DNA of 64,000 nt from Octopus bimaculoides (taxonomy: Eukaryota): contig NC_068982.1 in assembly GCF_001194135.2 (NCBI RefSeq), positions 744,102 to 808,101 of the forward strand. The letters run 5' to 3'. Positions 62,363-64,000 of this stretch are shown here, piece after piece. The notes under the pieces are model-generated. The model had not been told where the DNA came from. It ran no database searches and saw only the letters and a program-made list of their open reading frames with translations. Position 1 is the first letter of the stretch. Every line of letters begins with the position of its first letter. The position numbers and the translations under genes were made by a program.

Positions 62363-63045
62363 CAGGGTGCGATGGGTAAATTGTCGCCATATTATGTTTT
62401 TGATTTCGCGCATGCAAATTGTTTGTTTTTGATTTTGTCCGACTACACAATATAGTAGGGTCAGTTGGGCACCGTCTGTGAGAAAAACAACACAATGACG
62501 CAATTCACTCTACCAAAAATTTGGAAAAGACATGTACTGCTTGTCATTCGCACCGAAAGCTGCAATACGAACATATCAAAGTGCTTGGGTTTCAATCTCA
62601 GGACAGTGTAATCTGAGGACAATGCGATCTGAGGTCAGTGCAATCTGAGGATATGTACCGAGAGTGATAAAAATCAAACACCCAGTCAACATCATGGTGT
62701 TTGGAGTGATCACTAGTGATGGCGACGTCATGCTTTCATTCATCTTCCCACACGGCCTCAGATTCAACACAGAAGCCTACATCAAATGCCTGGAGGAGGT
62801 AGTGTTGCACTGGGTTAAGAGGGTGGCTGCTGGATGCTGGAAGACCCTATTTCTGGCAACAGGACTCTGCACCATGTCACACATAGCTGTCAGAAAATTT
62901 CTACTGCCACATCCCCCTTAATATCTGGCCACTTAACTCCCAGATTGGAACTCCCTTGATTATGTGTGGGGCGCAGTTGAGCGAGCGACTAACAAAACTC
63001 CTTGTAACACCAAAGATGAACTGAAGGCAAGGATTATGACACCAC
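62363..63045 (+). mobile_element. Tc1/mariner superfamily, maT (DD37D)-like remnant with a large internal deletion
   Basis: Starts CAGGGTGCGATGGG. Peptides KHPVNIMVFGVITSDGDVM..FIFPHGLRFNTEAYIKCLEEVVL, WQQDSAPCH, WPLNSPDWNSLD, VWGAVER.TNKTPCNTKDELKARIM. No right TIR seen. Confidence 0.85.
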
Positions 63046-64000
63046 TTTAGAAACTATATATATATATATATAATTAAAAATACACATTAAGTACAGGACA
63101 TCACCAGCGAATGAAATATACGTAAACACACGAGAGATAAGTACAGGATAAAATACCAAAAGAAGTCTAACTCCTCCTCCTCCTCTTCCTCAGTTGTCGA
63201 CTGTTTATTACTCCCTGTTTCGTGCTTTCATTGACAAGAAAACGTCATAAGACAGCAGCATCCAGAAATTTTAAAAATATAAAATTTATGGAGAGTTTGG
63301 TCTTCGAACGCAAAAACGACACCAGAGTGGACGCACAGAGTAAACAATCGACGAAGACAGACATTAAGGGCCGTTAGGCCAAGACGAATTGTAATGGGTA
63401 ACGCCTGGGAGAAGTGAAGAAGAGAAGTAATAGTAGGAGAGAAAAATTAGTAGAAGAGAAAAAGTACCTTCGCCCACTATGAGAAACACGTTTTATGACC
63501 GCTTTAGGTAAACGATATGGAAAAGTTTAAAGAGTATTAATCAGGATAAAGTCTTATTTATAGAAAATATTTCCAACAGAAAAGTATTACGTTTCCATCA
63601 AATTACTAATAAACGAACAGTTTCATACAAAAATCTTATGAAGTCGGATTTCGATCTTTTATTCTCCATTCTTAAATTATGCATCGTACAAATACCATTG
63701 TTATCCCCCTCATCCACACATGCACCCTCTCACCTTCACATAACATCAGAGAAGTTTAAAATAAGTTATGTATTTTTCTGTACATCATCAAGATAACTAT
63801 CTGTATTCATTGATTTATTGATTTAAAATTCTTCGTAAATTTACTCAGTTCTTGAAGCAAGAAAAATATAGCTTCCTGTCAAATGAACCACGTACAACTG
63901 GAAAATATTTTTACTTAAAATGCATAAATATTCTAATATGCCTTATACTTCATTAACTTTTATGTTTACAAACAGCAAAGTGAAGTGAAATTTTTTCGTA

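Noticed and set aside
63150-63400. Short inverted repeat (gtcgactgttta / taaacaatcgac) with a GGCC-GTTA-GGCC hairpin, suggesting a decayed PLE end
   Set aside because: Too degenerate to call a ribozyme or element without a search
1-64000. CRISPR arrays, rRNA genes, LTR retrotransposons, prokaryotic operons
   Set aside because: None seen; the sequence is animal-like repetitive DNA

Overview
This is an AT-rich, repeat-dominated eukaryotic scaffold with about 15 N-gaps, nearly all flanked by (TA)n, (CA)n or (GA)n runs. The SINE families and microsatellite density suggest an Octopus genome; that is an inference, not verified. I found no host protein-coding gene I can name, and most ORF-track entries are microsatellite or N-gap artefacts. 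The window holds three full-length but decayed mariner elements, a mariner end fragment and a mariner MITE, two pogo/Tigger remnants, a maT-like (DD37D) remnant, a Tx1/L1-like LINE relic, several R4/Dong-like REL-endonuclease LINE pieces, several Penelope-like element (PLE) pieces and three tRNA-derived SINE families. The most notable observations are: (1) four minimal type-I hammerhead ribozyme motifs, two bracketing a PLE RT fragment and two inside a 314-bp retrozyme-like unit arranged as an inverted copy plus a partial tandem; (2) two long-TIR MITEs with 8-bp and 9-bp TSDs, one inserted into a mariner TIR; (3) a cluster of fold-back palindromes; (4) a head-to-head pair of tRNA-headed elements next to a PLE fragment. 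All family calls come from recognising motifs by eye, with no database searches.
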